This document shows, one piece after another, positions 25,487 to 37,685 of a stretch of 64,000 nt of DNA. This DNA is from Lama glama. Its lineage: Eukaryota. The translations under genes were made by a program, and so were the position numbers. The stretch is from assembly GCA_028534125.1 (NCBI GenBank), contig CM052816.1, positions 68,388,001-68,452,000 on the forward strand. The letters run 5' to 3'. The first letter of the stretch is position 1, and the number at the start of each line of letters is the position of its first letter. Under the pieces are notes generated by a model. It was not told the origin of the DNA and did no database searches. It saw only the letters and a program-made list of their open reading frames with translations.

Positions 25487-27249
25487 CTGTCACGGAGAAC
25501 AAGCTAGCTGATGGTCTGGGGACAGCTGGATGCATCACACTCAAGATAATGCCAACATGAGAACACAACTTTAAAAGAGGGGACAGGCCCAGGAGCTGCA
25601 GCATAGGGTCACATCATTCTGGTTTGCCCAGGACTTTCAAGTCTTAGCACTGCCGGGCTCATGTCCTGGGGTCCCATCAGTTCCACACAGCTGGGCACCC
25701 CGATCACCACCAGGGCTCCACACAGCCCCTCAGGAGGTGGGGGCACAGCAGATGGCAGGAAGGACAAGCAGGTAGCCATGTAACCCTAGAGAAGAGAGCT
25801 TGGCTGCCAAGGTTCTGCAGTCTTGCTGGTGAGAACAAGCCAGAGAATCCCTGTGAACTTGTTACTGGGCCTGGGTCCTAATCCCATAGAGGTGTGGCCC
25901 CAGGAAGCTAGGGAACCAGAGTGCAAGTGCCAGGAGACTTTACCATCGGTCACTTCCTCCCTTCTGCCTCTCGCCAGCAAAGGCTGCCTGGCATGAGGGA
26001 CAGTGGGGCGTGAGAGGAAGCTAGGGTGATCATCCGTATTCATGTGCCTTGAGGTTTGGTCCCAACTCACACACAATGGTTCTCATCCCAGACACAACAA
26101 TGAGTGTCCCCAGCTGCTCCCGGAGCCTGTCTGCCTTCCTGCCTGGCCTGAGAAGCCAGGAAGTCTTTCCAGGGAGTACCCATCTGTGGGCCCGGGGGTT
26201 TGGAAAATGCTGCTTTGGGTCCAAGAGACACTGCCTTTGGACAGAGCATTCTCTCTTTGGTTAAAGTATCATGTGTTCTCTGGAACTAGCCCCTGAGATG
26301 TCATGGAATTGTCAGCTTAGGAGGCTGTTATTTTACCATCAGGAAATCAACATCTAACAACCCTAGGGGCTTTTTCCAGGAACTCATATTTTTTTCCTGG
26401 AGGAGAGCAAAGGCTGGCTGATAAAGTATGTACTGGGAAGGGGCTTGAGTTACAGTCACATGCTGACTCCTCTGAAGAAAAGGCTCAACTTAGCTTCCAA
26501 GTAAATATTCATTATTTATTTGGAAAGGCAGAGGGAATTTTTTTCCATCCTTTGGGTTGATCCCTATGAAGGAAGATCTGGAATACAGAAGCTCTGAGAT
26601 GTGTACATATCACATCTAGGGGCTGTCCACTAATTGGGGTGTGCTGCCATGGAATGCAGGGCCCTGCCCTGTCCCGCACATCCAGTTAATACTTTGGAAT
26701 TCTGAACTGAGCGGAAGTTTGTTTGGACCTGGCCCCACCTCCGCTCACTCCCCTCCCAGGGCTTTGATCTTGTGGTTCTGATAGGTCAAGACCCCCCATG
26801 GGTCCTGGCAGCTGTGAGTAGCCCTCAAGTCTGCTCTCTTAGCTCCTCCATCTAGGAACCAGCCCATCTGGTGGACAATGTGCACTGGTCAGCTCTCTGC
26901 CCCACAGGAGAGGAGGCCTGTCCCTGCAGAGCAAGACCTGTGGAGTCCAGCTGGGCACATGGCCTGGGGTGTCTAATTCTGGGCTGACCATTAGTAAGCC
27001 CTCTGAGTCACAGATCCTGGGCCAGGTTCTCTAGGTAGCTTTGCCAGTAATAAGATGGTATCTTGATCTCTGTCTGTGCTCTGGTCTCAGACAAGGCTGG
27101 TCCATGGGTCAGGAACACTAAGAAGCAGACAAGCACTGGCATCTCAGGAGAAAGTTAACAGATGCAGAGTGAGGCTTTGGTTGGGGTCTTAACGATGTGC
27201 TTCAGGCCCCAGGCCGACCTCAGCCCCAGTGAGCAGAGGGAGATATGAG

Positions 27250-27525
27250 TCCAGAAGGACTGCCAGAGAGATGCAACGGTGCTGGCCCTGTAGATGGAGG
27301 AAGGGCCACAGCTTCTAGAAGGAATAAGAGCAGCTTCTAGAAGCTGGAAAAGGCAAGGAAACATATTCTCCCCTAGAGCCTCCAGAAGGAACGCAGCCCT
27401 GCTGGCACCTTGATTTTAGTTCAGTGAGACAATGTTGAACATCTAACCTATAGAACTGTAAAGTGATAAATCTGTATCTCTCAAGGCACTAAGTTTATGG
27501 TAATTTGTTACAGCAGTCATAGACT
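27250..27525 (+). mobile_element. MaLR LTR (MLT1-like) fragment
   Basis: CTAGAAGCTGGAAAAGGCAAGGAAAC...TCTCCCCTAGAGCCTCCAGAAGGAAC...TTTGTTACAGCAG. Confidence 0.8.
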
Positions 27526-27599
27526 GACACCTATTAACTCTAAAAGTGTAGCACATGAGCAAATAATTTAAAAGAAACCTCACCCATTACTTTGCTAAG

Positions 27600-28180
27600 G
27601 AGTTTGGGTGTTACCTAAGAGCCATAGGGAATTAGGAAGCAGGAAAGAGATGGAACCAAATCTGTGCATAAAAATCACTCAGGAAGTAACACAGAGGATG
27701 GATTTGGGGGTAGGAAGGAGGACTGCAGGCAAGGAGACCAATGAGGAGGCTGCTCAAAGGTCCAGATCAAAGATGACCAAGGCCAGGGCTGGCTTGGGAG
27801 CAGGGGGAATGGAGTGGAGAGGACTGATGAGAGAAGTTCTGCACAGAGGAGTGTAAGGATTCGGTGACCTATTGGATGCTGGTGGTGAGGGAGGTTGGAG
27901 CTTCAATGACACCAAGTGTCCAAGTAAGAGAATGGAGAGATAAGATCTGAAAGAGGAGAGACGGGTTGTGGATGCATGTTAGAAGTCTGACATGCTCATT
28001 CCGAGTGGAGATGTCCAGTGAGCAGTTGGAAGTGCAGAGCCTGGGCTCCATGGAAATGATGCAGCTGCAGCTGAAGCCTGGGTGTGGATGACAGAACTGG
28101 TGCAGTGAGCTGTGCACCAGGGGATCAACCCGAGGGAAATGGAGGCTCAAGGGGCAAGTCAGCCACAAGGAGGCTGAGAA
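27600..28180 (+). mobile_element. L2 LINE relic
   Basis: Purine-rich; GTGGAGATGTCCAGTGAGCAGTTGGA and AAGGAGGCTGAGAA resemble L2. Orientation and ends approximate. Confidence 0.5.
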
Positions 28181-29059
28181 ACAAAGAGCAGAAGAGTGAG
28201 GAGGGAAGAGTGGGAAGAGGGGATTAGTGGGAAGAGGAAAGTCACGTGCAAGCCCTATTCCGACTATTGCAGTAAATCCCCTCTCGCACCAGACCTCCCT
28301 GTGCCTTGCCTGAGCCCCCAGGTACTCTCAGCTCCCATCACTCTGTCATGGCCCCTCGTCTTGCTTCTGCAGCATCCCAAGCCCACCTTGAAGCTCGGGC
28401 TCCCTTGGGTCCTCTCTCTCCTTGTCATTCCCTGTGCTGTGAACGTGGACATGGTGCCCACTCCGCTCCTTTATTATTAACTAGAGACCAAGCAGTCCAA
28501 GGAAGTGGGACCTGGGTTCTAAGGCACCACTTTCTGGTTTCAAACCTTGGCCACATCACTGAAGCCTCTTTGAGCTCACTCTCCCTGTCTGTAAATGGGA
28601 TCACGGTACTACCTCTATCTACTGGCACCCACCTTTCTGCAAACTGGATAATAGTACCTCACAGCATCCTTGTACATGGAAAGCCCTTAGCACGTATCTG
28701 GCACAAAATAATTGTGCCGGCAAACGTTAGCCGTCGGAGACCTTAGCAGTGAACAGAGCAAAGCCTGAGGTAACTGCGTGTGAAATATTGCCCCGTTTCA
28801 GGATTCTCCAAGAGCAGGGAGTGGTGCATGTGTGCCTTATATTTGCGTACTTAAGAGGCCAGCCTGGTGCCCTTGTTCCCTATTCCCAAACTGTCTACCC
28901 CTTGAGTGCTTGCTTTCTAATCCTCTAGAATGTTCTATTAGTGCAATCCTCTCACTGAAAAAAAAAAAAAAAGAAAAGAAGAGAAAAGAAAGAAAACACC
29001 TGGAGAAGCTGCTACACGGGCCGTGGTCCATCCGACCTAAACCACAGGCCAGGCTTCGG

Positions 29060-29430
29060 GGTCACAGGCAGCCAGAGGCGGGAGAAGACAGAGGAGCACC
29101 ATTTGGCCTCCTTACCTTTAGGAAGGAAGTGACCAGAGCAGGTTTAGAGGCCAAGGGGAAGGAACCGCTGGAGAGGGAGACGTTGAAAGCACAGGAGAGG
29201 CCAAGGAAGGGACGACAGGAGCAGCGCCGTCTCCGCCCGAGACCTTCCCAGGAGAGCGAGCGGCTGGTGGCGCGACGTGCGTGGGCGGGACCCGTCATCT
29301 GCGGAGGGCGGCGAGGGGAGCGCCCCGGGGGGCCAGGGGGCGGGTCTGAAACGCCGCCGCGAGGAGGCGAGGAGGACGATGGGAGCCCGGGTGCAAGGCC
29401 CGGCGGACTCCCTAGAGGGAGGTGTGCGAG
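29060..29430. promoter_or_regulatory. Small CpG-island-like segment in the intergenic region
   Basis: Very GC-rich with dense CpGs (GGCGCGACGTGCGTGGGCGGG, ACGCCGCCGCGAGG) and GGGCGG boxes, against a CpG-depleted background. Confidence 0.65.
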
Positions 29431-29648
29431 CAGGAGTAACTCTTTCGGCTGATTCCTGGTCACCTGTAGCTCTCCTGTGTTTCCACAGCCAAGAGGCTCC
29501 CTTCGTGTCTGACAAAGTTGGGTTTTTACATCTGGAAGTCTCATTTTGAAGATATGAGTGGGTAAAACTTTAAAATGGAAGGATAGCATTACATAAAAAT
29601 GGTATTATGGCTTTATTATTTGAAGGATCAAAACATAAGTACATCTGA

Positions 29649-29762
29649 GGGGAGGGTATAGCTCAAGTGGTAGAACACATGCTTACGTGCATGAGGTCCC
29701 GGGTTCAATCCCCAGTACCTCCTCTAAGAATAAGTAAGTAAACCTAACTACCTCCTCCTACC
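29649..29762 (+). mobile_element. tRNA-derived camelid SINE
   Basis: GGGGAGGGTATAGCTCAAGTGGTAGA (A box)...GGTTCAATCCC (B box)...AAACCTAACTACCTCC tail; two more copies in the window. Confidence 0.88.
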
Positions 29763-31384
29763 AAGGGAGGGAAATGAAGCATTTGAAGGCCACTCTCATT
29801 ACAATAACCGTATTTTCACAGTCTCCTTAAGGACAGAACTTTCATGCACATGCACTACGTGTTGCATCGACACGTGAACAATATATAAAAAAGACAACTG
29901 CACAGCCCTCCAAGAGACGCCCTTCCCGGTGCACGGGGCCAGCCTTCCTCACTGCCATCAGCATTCTGGTTTGCACATATTGATTTCCGTTTAAAAGGCC
30001 AGGCCTCTGGATACCTTCCTGGCATCTCGCCCCACACATACAGTGAAGCTGGGCAGAACTGAGAATCCCACCTCTAAAGAGGGGACCAGCAGCAGATACC
30101 TAGGGCCCCTTGAACAACCACCCGAAGCTCCCTGACAGCTGGCTCCGTGCTCCTGTGGAGTCACTACCCTTGCCTCCCCACCTCTCTCAGCAGCAAGAGG
30201 CAGGCATGTCAGACAGGATGGCCCAGTACTGAGGGCAAGGGTGGCCCCCAGGCTTCTGCAAATATGGACTAGGGCTGTTTGTGCTTCTAAGCAAACGCTT
30301 TCTCTGCTGACTCCAGCGTCCAGTAAATGCTGCAGGAGGAATAAGGACTGCTAATGACCTTTGTCATGCTCTGCTCCAGACCCTCCGCCCAACGGGGTGC
30401 AAGATACAGGTAACATCACTTACTTTGATTGCAAATAGGCCTTGTTGCTAATTAATGTTTACAGAAAACAATTAATGAAATACATCAGCATGCAATGTCT
30501 CCTTTAAAATGCCCTACAAAACCCACATATTTTAAAGAGGCAGCCAAATGACAAAATCCATCAGTTGTTCTAAGTCCTACTGTGTGCCTCTCATTCCTAG
30601 AAGCTCAGCTGGTCTCTCAACGCCCCGGGGAGCTTAGAAGTAAAAGATTCTGTAAGTCAACAGGTGGACATGCAGACAGTAAAATATAAATGGGAAAAAT
30701 TTAGCTTCCCCGTGATTTAAGCCATACAAATAACCACGAAGTGCCATTAACCATACAGATCGACGAAATTCAGTGTACAGCAGTGAACAGCTGATTACCA
30801 GTGGCAAAGGACAAAGACATGTCTCGTGATATTGCAACTCAGTGTAGCTTTCTGAGGGACAGAATTGCACAATATGTGACAATGACAATGAAACTTTGAC
30901 CCAGCAATTCCACCTTTGGAAACAGCCCGGAGGAATGAAGACAAAGTTGGGAAAAGAAAATTTTGTGCCATGATGTTCACTGAAGTTGCTCTCTATACGA
31001 GGAGGACATTCAAAACAACCCTTAGCAAACCACAACAGGCAGGCAGGCAGGCCGCGGGATTCTGTGTGTCCACTATAAACTATGCTCATGCACAGAATTT
31101 TATACACAAAATAATAAGTGAAAGCAAAGGGAGAATACGATAGAATGAATATATAACTTGCAATTGGATGAAAACGTGTGTAGGGACACATAGATCATAT
31201 CAGGAGTGAATTAAGAATGATGTAAATAATTGGTAGAAATTTTTGTTGATGTTGTTGTAAAGCTGAGTCCAAAATAAAATTTAAATTTACAAAAAGAAAG
31301 AGACACAATTAGAGAGATGCTATGTCTGGATGCTGAGGAGCACCCACAGCAAGTGCTGTGGGTCCAGGCAAAGGTTAGCTCAGC

Positions 31385-31595
31385 CAGGATTCCTCACTTG
31401 GGCATTACCAACACCTTGAGCCAGATCATTCATTGATGCAGGGGCTGATCTGTGCATTGTAGGGTGACTACCATCATTGCGGGCTTCTACCCCCTAGATG
31501 CCAGCAACACCACCCTCCCAAAATACCTCCAGGCATTGCCAAATGTCTGACAGTTGGGGGATGGAAGACAAAGTGGAGTAAGTGATAGCCACTGA
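31385..31595 (+). mobile_element. MER20-like hAT DNA transposon relic
   Basis: TGTGCATTGTAGG...CTACCCCCTAGATGCCAG...CATTGCCAAATGTC signature. Confidence 0.7.
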
Positions 31596-31770
31596 TTCTC
31601 CAGCTTAGCAGTGGGCAGCGGATAGGGAGTGGTGAGGTCTGGGGGGATCCAAGGAGTTGTGCCCTTCTAAGGGGGCCAACCTTACTCAGTCTGAAATCCA
31701 AAATGACATAACCGGGTTTCTTTTTTCATTAGCAGCTAATTCAGTCTGAGCCTCAAGTCTGTGGGCTACA

Positions 31771-32106
31771 CAGGGGCAGGCCAGCAGGCTTTTTCTGACA
31801 AGGGCCAGATGGTGACCACTTTAGGCTTTGTGGGAAAAACTGTCACAACTACTGGGTCCTGCCTTTGTGGTGGTGGTGGGGAACTGCCACAGATGACATG
31901 ACAAGGATGAGCATGGCTGTGTTCCAATTAAGCTTCGTTGATGGATACTGAAATTTGAATTCTATCAAATTTTCCCATGTCATTAAACATGATTCTTCCT
32001 CTGATTTTGTCTTCCAGCCTTTAAAAATGTCAGTATCATTTTTGGCTCATTGGCCCTACAGAAACAGAGCCCAGATTTGGCCTGAGAGCCGAGTGGCGGA
32101 CCCCTG
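31771..32106 (+). mobile_element. MER58-like hAT-Charlie relic
   Basis: CAGGGG...AAGGGCCAGATGGT...TTAGGCTTTGTGGG...GATTTGGCC...GACCCCTG terminal inverted repeats. Confidence 0.7.
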
Positions 32107-35100
32107 GAGTGAAGTGTGTATACAGCAGCTGTGATAACCGATAACCGGGGAGAGGGGTGCGCCACAAAGGGCGCCCGAACGCCCACGGGGAGGCCTGGCA
32201 GCCCAGTACAGGCTTTCCCCACAGGAGGGTGAAGCCACGCCAGACCCCTCCAGCACCCCCACCTGGACCACCACCCCACATGCTGCTTCTACTGTGTGTT
32301 TTGTTGCAGCCTCCTGAGGAATCAAAATGAAGTTATCTTTTTTTTAAACAAAGATTGGCTTCTCTGCTATTCTTGTAATTTTTTTCTGGTATTATTGTAA
32401 GAGAAAGGCTATTAATAGGACACTAACATTAACTGTCTGCATGGTTCCCAGAGCCCTGGGAACTCTAACAGGAATTTTATCAGTTTTTAATGACCATGCT
32501 AAAACACATGTTTTCCTGTTTGCATCCTCTCTGTCTTTTTGACAGTCACAGAGAAGACGCAGGTGGCCTTTTCCGGATGCAGAGGCAACACAGGACACTG
32601 GGAGTGGGGACAGTCTGTGACTATATCCCAGGAGAGGATGGTCACTGTGGCTTCTCTTAGGCTGGTGTCCTGTGATCTGCTCTGGAGAGCAGTGTGTGGC
32701 CTGCTGAATGAGCTCCTGGGGTTCCTAAGAAAACTGCAGCTCTTACTGGCAGGAAATGCTGACTCCTATGAGACTAGCCTGGGCATCTCAAACAAAACAG
32801 AGAGCCTCAATCTCCCTCACTCTCCAAGGCAGCCAAAGTAAATATGGAAAATGATAACAGGGGGCTGATGAGAAGGACAAAAAGGGATAAAAAGGGAAAA
32901 AAAGAGTTAAAAAGATAAAAAGCTACTGGGAGTGGTGGGGAAAAAGGGAGTAGAAAATGGGAAACATAAAGGAAAGTAAGAAATCGGAAGAAGAAATGAA
33001 ACAGCAGGGCTGTGGTATTTGCAAACTGTCCATGAGATGGTTCGGGCTTTCACGAATGATCATGGGAGAGAGAGCAGAGGGTTACGTCTTCATCTCTGAA
33101 ATCCACTCACAGGAGCCATCTGGGACCTCTTCTCTCTCTTCAGCCATCAAATTCTTGGATCTTAGGTTCAAAAGCCTCATCCAGGTGTGAGATAGACAGG
33201 ATTAGGGAGACAAACTCTGGGAACACCCCTCCCCTGCCCACTTCACATAGACTTTGAGAAGACCCCTCAGCTGGAGGTGGCAGAGGGGCACAGGTGAGAG
33301 AGAAGTGTTGAGGGGTACAAAGCTAGAACCTCCTATAAGCTCACGAATCAAAGGCAGGGTGGAAAGAGCCCCATCTGGATCTCTGGGGGACGGGGGGCTC
33401 AAAGAATTGCCCAAGTCACCACAGTTGGGGGTGGGGGAGGTATCAGTGCAGAAAGAGCCCACTACAACCAGAAATCCAGTGTATCCCTTTTGTTTGGTCC
33501 CCTTCTGCTCCCAGGATACAGGGTCCCTAGTACCCTGCCCAGGCCTCCCTCATTCCTTGGTTGATAAGTAGTCACTGTTCTGTAAACTAAGAGTGATGAA
33601 TTTGGGGGGCAGGGGGTGCTGTAGACATGAGATTTAATGAGGAGAGAGCTTTGGGAAAGCATCCCCCAACTCGTGCCCACAGTAAGGATGCGGCCGTTGG
33701 CTGAGGAAAGTGGCAGGTGACTTGACAGGGACAGGTGGGGCCAAAGGCACCTCCCAAGACCACTCTGGGCAGACAACAAACCAGAGACAAAGCCTGCGCT
33801 TCTCTGAATGTCTTCCGGTGCTCAGAGCCAGTGCCAGGGTGGATGGGGCGTCAAAATTCCGAATGTGAATGAGTTACATACCCAAAGCGACAGAAATCAC
33901 CAAATCGAGCTGTGGTTACTTCAAAAGGTCAGGGGCTTTGACTAGAAATTAGTTTGGGTTATAGAAAGTAAGGCAATGGTTTGCAAGTCTGAGCCAGTGG
34001 CTCATGAAGTTTGTGCCGCTACATACACACTGACTTCTCAAACTCTCCCAGGAGAAAACCATTGTCAGCCTTTCCCTCTCGCAAGTGCCTGGCCCGCTGC
34101 TCCCAGCTGCCCCATCTCACCAGGCTCTCAGCAGCCTCCCCCAATGGCCAGAAGAGACACAGCTGCACGTTAGGAAGTCATCTGATGTCACTGTGGTCAG
34201 GGTGCCAGCCCTAAGTTCCAAGGTGCTGGCAGCTGAATCCCACCATCAGCACCTATGCTAAAGGCTCCACTAACTGAGCCTTGCCGGGTGAAGGCAGAGG
34301 AGCCCTGTGGTGGAGCAGCAGAGTTGCTAAGCATTGCATGTCCCCAGGCCCTGCACAGCTGCTTCTGGGAAGAGGTCTTTGTAGGGTGTGTTCCTGGGAT
34401 CTGAGCTACCATGAGGGGTCGGACAGAGTCCCTGTAAAAAGCCACGGCAGTCTTTGGTGCTTTTCTATTCCCAGGCTTGGGTACAAGACAGAGGGGCAGC
34501 GAGGGCCTCCGGATACGGTTTCCAGGGCTGGGCAATGGCCTGGAGGGTGAGGCAGACGTGCTGGCCCAGGGAGAGTCCATTCCTGTGCCCTGCTGAGGCC
34601 CTCCCTCATTCCTCCATCCAATGTGGAGTGGGCCAAGGGAGATTTAAAGAAGATAAAGAGGAATTTCAGGTGTGCCATCAGGAAGGCCCCAGCACTTCCC
34701 GCCCCATGTTGAGAGAGAAGCGTAAGCTCTGACGTGATGTCGGTGCTACCCTAGAGGTGGAGCCTGGAGCCTGGGAGGTCAAGTTGAAGGGAGAGAACCC
34801 TCACCTCCCACCAGACCACACAACGCCGACTAAACAATTGTCTTCCGGCAACGGGCAGAGTCTCTCCTGAAGCCGTGAGGAGCAACCCCAGCAAAGGCTG
34901 CGCCCACAGCCCAATTCTTAGGGAAGACCAGATTTATCCACCTCCAGGACCCATCACCCCTCCAAGTCAATCTGTCATAGGCCTCAGTGAGAGCTCGCTA
35001 TCTGAACAAAAGAAAATAAATGGCTTTTTCTCTGCAAAGTGCTCAGGCTGGTCACCATCCTTTCTTCTCAAGCAAGCTACATGTTCGTGCCGACCAAGCT

Positions 35101-35245
35101 CAAAAAGCCGCTCGGGGCTGTGCGAGGCTCCAACACAAGCAGGACGGGGAAACACCAAGGCAGCTCTTCTAGGCAAGTCCTGATACCATCTCTCTGCAAG
35201 AGTCACCCACACTGACGTGAAAAGGGATTCAAGCCACGGCAGCTC

Positions 35246-35692
35246 TTAGAATTCTCTTTGAGTTTGGTCTGGAAGTTTTTCAGACATGAGAAATTCTCTG
35301 GCTGTCACTGAATTTTTCAAGTATGGATTTGGTGCTCCTTCCTCGCAGAGATGGTCTGGCCCTAAACTTTGGGCAGAGGGGAGAAGTTGCTCTCTGACTT
35401 CTGAGCTGCTTCCCTCTGGCATTCCGGAACACGGGTGTTGGAACTTTCCCGGTGGGATCTCAGGTGAAAAGGGGGGACAATAAGGCCTATAGGGAGAGGT
35501 CACGTACTCATTCTCTTCCCCTCCCCAGATGCTTTCCTGACCCTTTCCACGCTCCTCTGTGGAAACCTCTTCCAGAAAAATCTCAAAGTTCACCACCAAC
35601 TTGTCAATAAGGTCACTGGAGGCAGAACGTGGTTTTAGAATCCTGTCTTCTGTGTTCACAGAGTCATCAAACTCCTTCAGATTTAGCTTACC
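35246..35692 (-). CDS. IL31RA: IL-31 receptor alpha terminal coding exon (GKLNLKEFDDSVNTEDRILKP...PNPYLKNSVTAREFLMSEKLPDQTQREF*)
   Basis: ttttccag|GGTAAG acceptor in frame with ORF 35246..35728; matches the IL31RA cytoplasmic tail including the YVT and YLKN tyrosine motifs. Confidence 0.95.
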   Translation of the reverse strand, partial: GKLNLKEFDDSVNTEDRILKPRSASSDLIDKLVVNFEIFLEEVSTEERGKGQESIWGGEENEYVTSPYRPYCPPFSPEIPPGKFQHPCSGMPEGSSSEVREQLLPSAQSLGPDHLCEEGAPNPYLKNSVTAREFLMSEKLPDQTQREF

Positions 35693-36392
35693 CTGGAAAA
35701 GAGAAAGGGACACCCCTGCAGTGGTCACTTGGGGGCCACATATGATGTAGCCAAAAGCTATTAGGCTTGGGACGCCAATGCCTCACCTCTTGACCAGCCC
35801 CCCACACTTCTCTTAGAGACCAGAGTGGTGCCCTTCCATGGGAGCTGGGCAAGTGTGGTCCATTTCCTGAGAAAGGACACACTGTATTCAAACAATTTCT
35901 TCTTCTAGAGAGAGCTCAAGGCTATTTTCCACATAATCATATACTCACTAAATCCCAGTAGGCGTCGAGGCATCAAAATTAGAACTCTTACAGATGAGAA
36001 GACAAAATCATAAAGACAAATGACTTGCCTAACATCACCAGAAAAATCAAAGGTGGCCTTCTGGTAGGGGCCCTGTACTTGTCATCTTTGTATCCCCAGA
36101 GCCTGGCTCAATCATACAGTGAGTGATTAATAGGTGCTGGCTGTAGAGGCCAGATCTACAGATGATTCAAAAAGCATTTTAGACATCAGACAATACTGCC
36201 TGTGAACTAATTTACTCTCTTAGTAACTTTTAATAAGTAGGCAAGTAAATAGGGTGAGACATGACTGATAAAGGAGAGAAGAAAATAGAAATAGGAGTAA
36301 CAAAAATTAAAATAAATAAATAAAAGTAATTAAAATGTTCATGTTAAAAAAAAGACATGAGTTGAAACAAAAGGTAATATTAAAAATTCCTG

Positions 36393-36611
36393 AGCACGTG
36401 GTGGCATGTCACTCCAGGACCTTGCTTCCAACGTATAAACAATAAGTTTCTACTGTATAGAACAGGGAACTATATTCAATATCTTGTAGTAATCTATAAT
36501 GAAAAAGAATGTGAACATGAATATGTATATGTATGACTGAAACATTATGCTTCACGCCATAAATTGACACAACACTGTAAACTGACTGTACTTCAATAAA
36601 AAAATGCAAAA
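36393..36611 (+). mobile_element. Short LINE-1 3' end insertion with 11-bp TSD
   Basis: AAAAATTCCTG at 36382-36392 and 36612-36622; TACTGTATAGAACAGGGAACTATATTCAAT L1 3' motif; AATAAA and A tail. Confidence 0.85.
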
Positions 36612-37185
36612 AAAAATTCCTGTATCAAGAAGTACTAGAAACAGTCTTTCACTAATGAGGATTTAAAGGTTATATTTGATCGAGGTTATTTCTACTTAAC
36701 CAAGAAATTAAACTTTTAAAATTTCAGAACAGTTTTCAATGTAAGAACTAACAAAAATGCAGGTTTTCTACTTATGGATGATTCACTAGAAAACCCCATT
36801 GCCAGTTAATGTTTCACTGTAACTTCCCCAAACTGATTTTCTCAATTTCGCAGTTTGAGGCAGCCTGCCCCAGCCTTTGAATAGAAACCACATCAGTGTC
36901 CTTCCAGCATCTCCAGGTGGTCTCCAGATTAACTTGCTCTTGGTTGCTTTTTAAATGGCCTCAATCTTATAGCCCAGTTCTCCTGCCCTCTGATTAGACA
37001 TGCAGGTCCTTAACGATAGGGTCAGTGTCTTCCATGACATCCTTTCTAGGACCAACCAGTCCCATGCCCAGCACATATTAGGTCCCATGAGCCTGATGAG
37101 TCCTTTTCCTCTTGTTCAAAGGATGAGGTCAAAGTCATTCCAGGAAAGCTGACTGCACCTGTCCTGCCAGGGACTTTTTAGCCTC

Positions 37186-37685
37186 NNNNNNNNNNNNNNN
37201 NNNNNNNNNNNNNNNNNNNNNNNNNNNNNNNNNNNNNNNNNNNNNNNNNNNNNNNNNNNNNNNNNNNNNNNNNNNNNNNNNNNNNNNNNNNNNNNNNNNN
37301 NNNNNNNNNNNNNNNNNNNNNNNNNNNNNNNNNNNNNNNNNNNNNNNNNNNNNNNNNNNNNNNNNNNNNNNNNNNNNNNNNNNNNNNNNNNNNNNNNNNN
37401 NNNNNNNNNNNNNNNNNNNNNNNNNNNNNNNNNNNNNNNNNNNNNNNNNNNNNNNNNNNNNNNNNNNNNNNNNNNNNNNNNNNNNNNNNNNNNNNNNNNN
37501 NNNNNNNNNNNNNNNNNNNNNNNNNNNNNNNNNNNNNNNNNNNNNNNNNNNNNNNNNNNNNNNNNNNNNNNNNNNNNNNNNNNNNNNNNNNNNNNNNNNN
37601 NNNNNNNNNNNNNNNNNNNNNNNNNNNNNNNNNNNNNNNNNNNNNNNNNNNNNNNNNNNNNNNNNNNNNNNNNNNNNNNNNNNNN
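37186..37685. other. Assembly gap (500 N placeholder) inside IL31RA
   Basis: Exactly 500 N. Confidence 0.99.

Noticed and set aside
28832..29589. Overlapping 206, 175 and 123 aa ORFs
   Set aside because: Stop-poor because of high GC and an A-run; low complexity, no recognisable domain or splice structure.
29649..29725. tRNA gene-like sequence (also at 53560-53635 and 62620-62690)
   Set aside because: SINE heads with tails, TSDs at two copies and degenerate stems; not functional tRNAs.
33633..33638. Minus-strand ATTAAA as the IL31RA polyA signal
   Set aside because: Plausible but unsupported; no clear downstream GU-rich element, so the 3' end cannot be placed.
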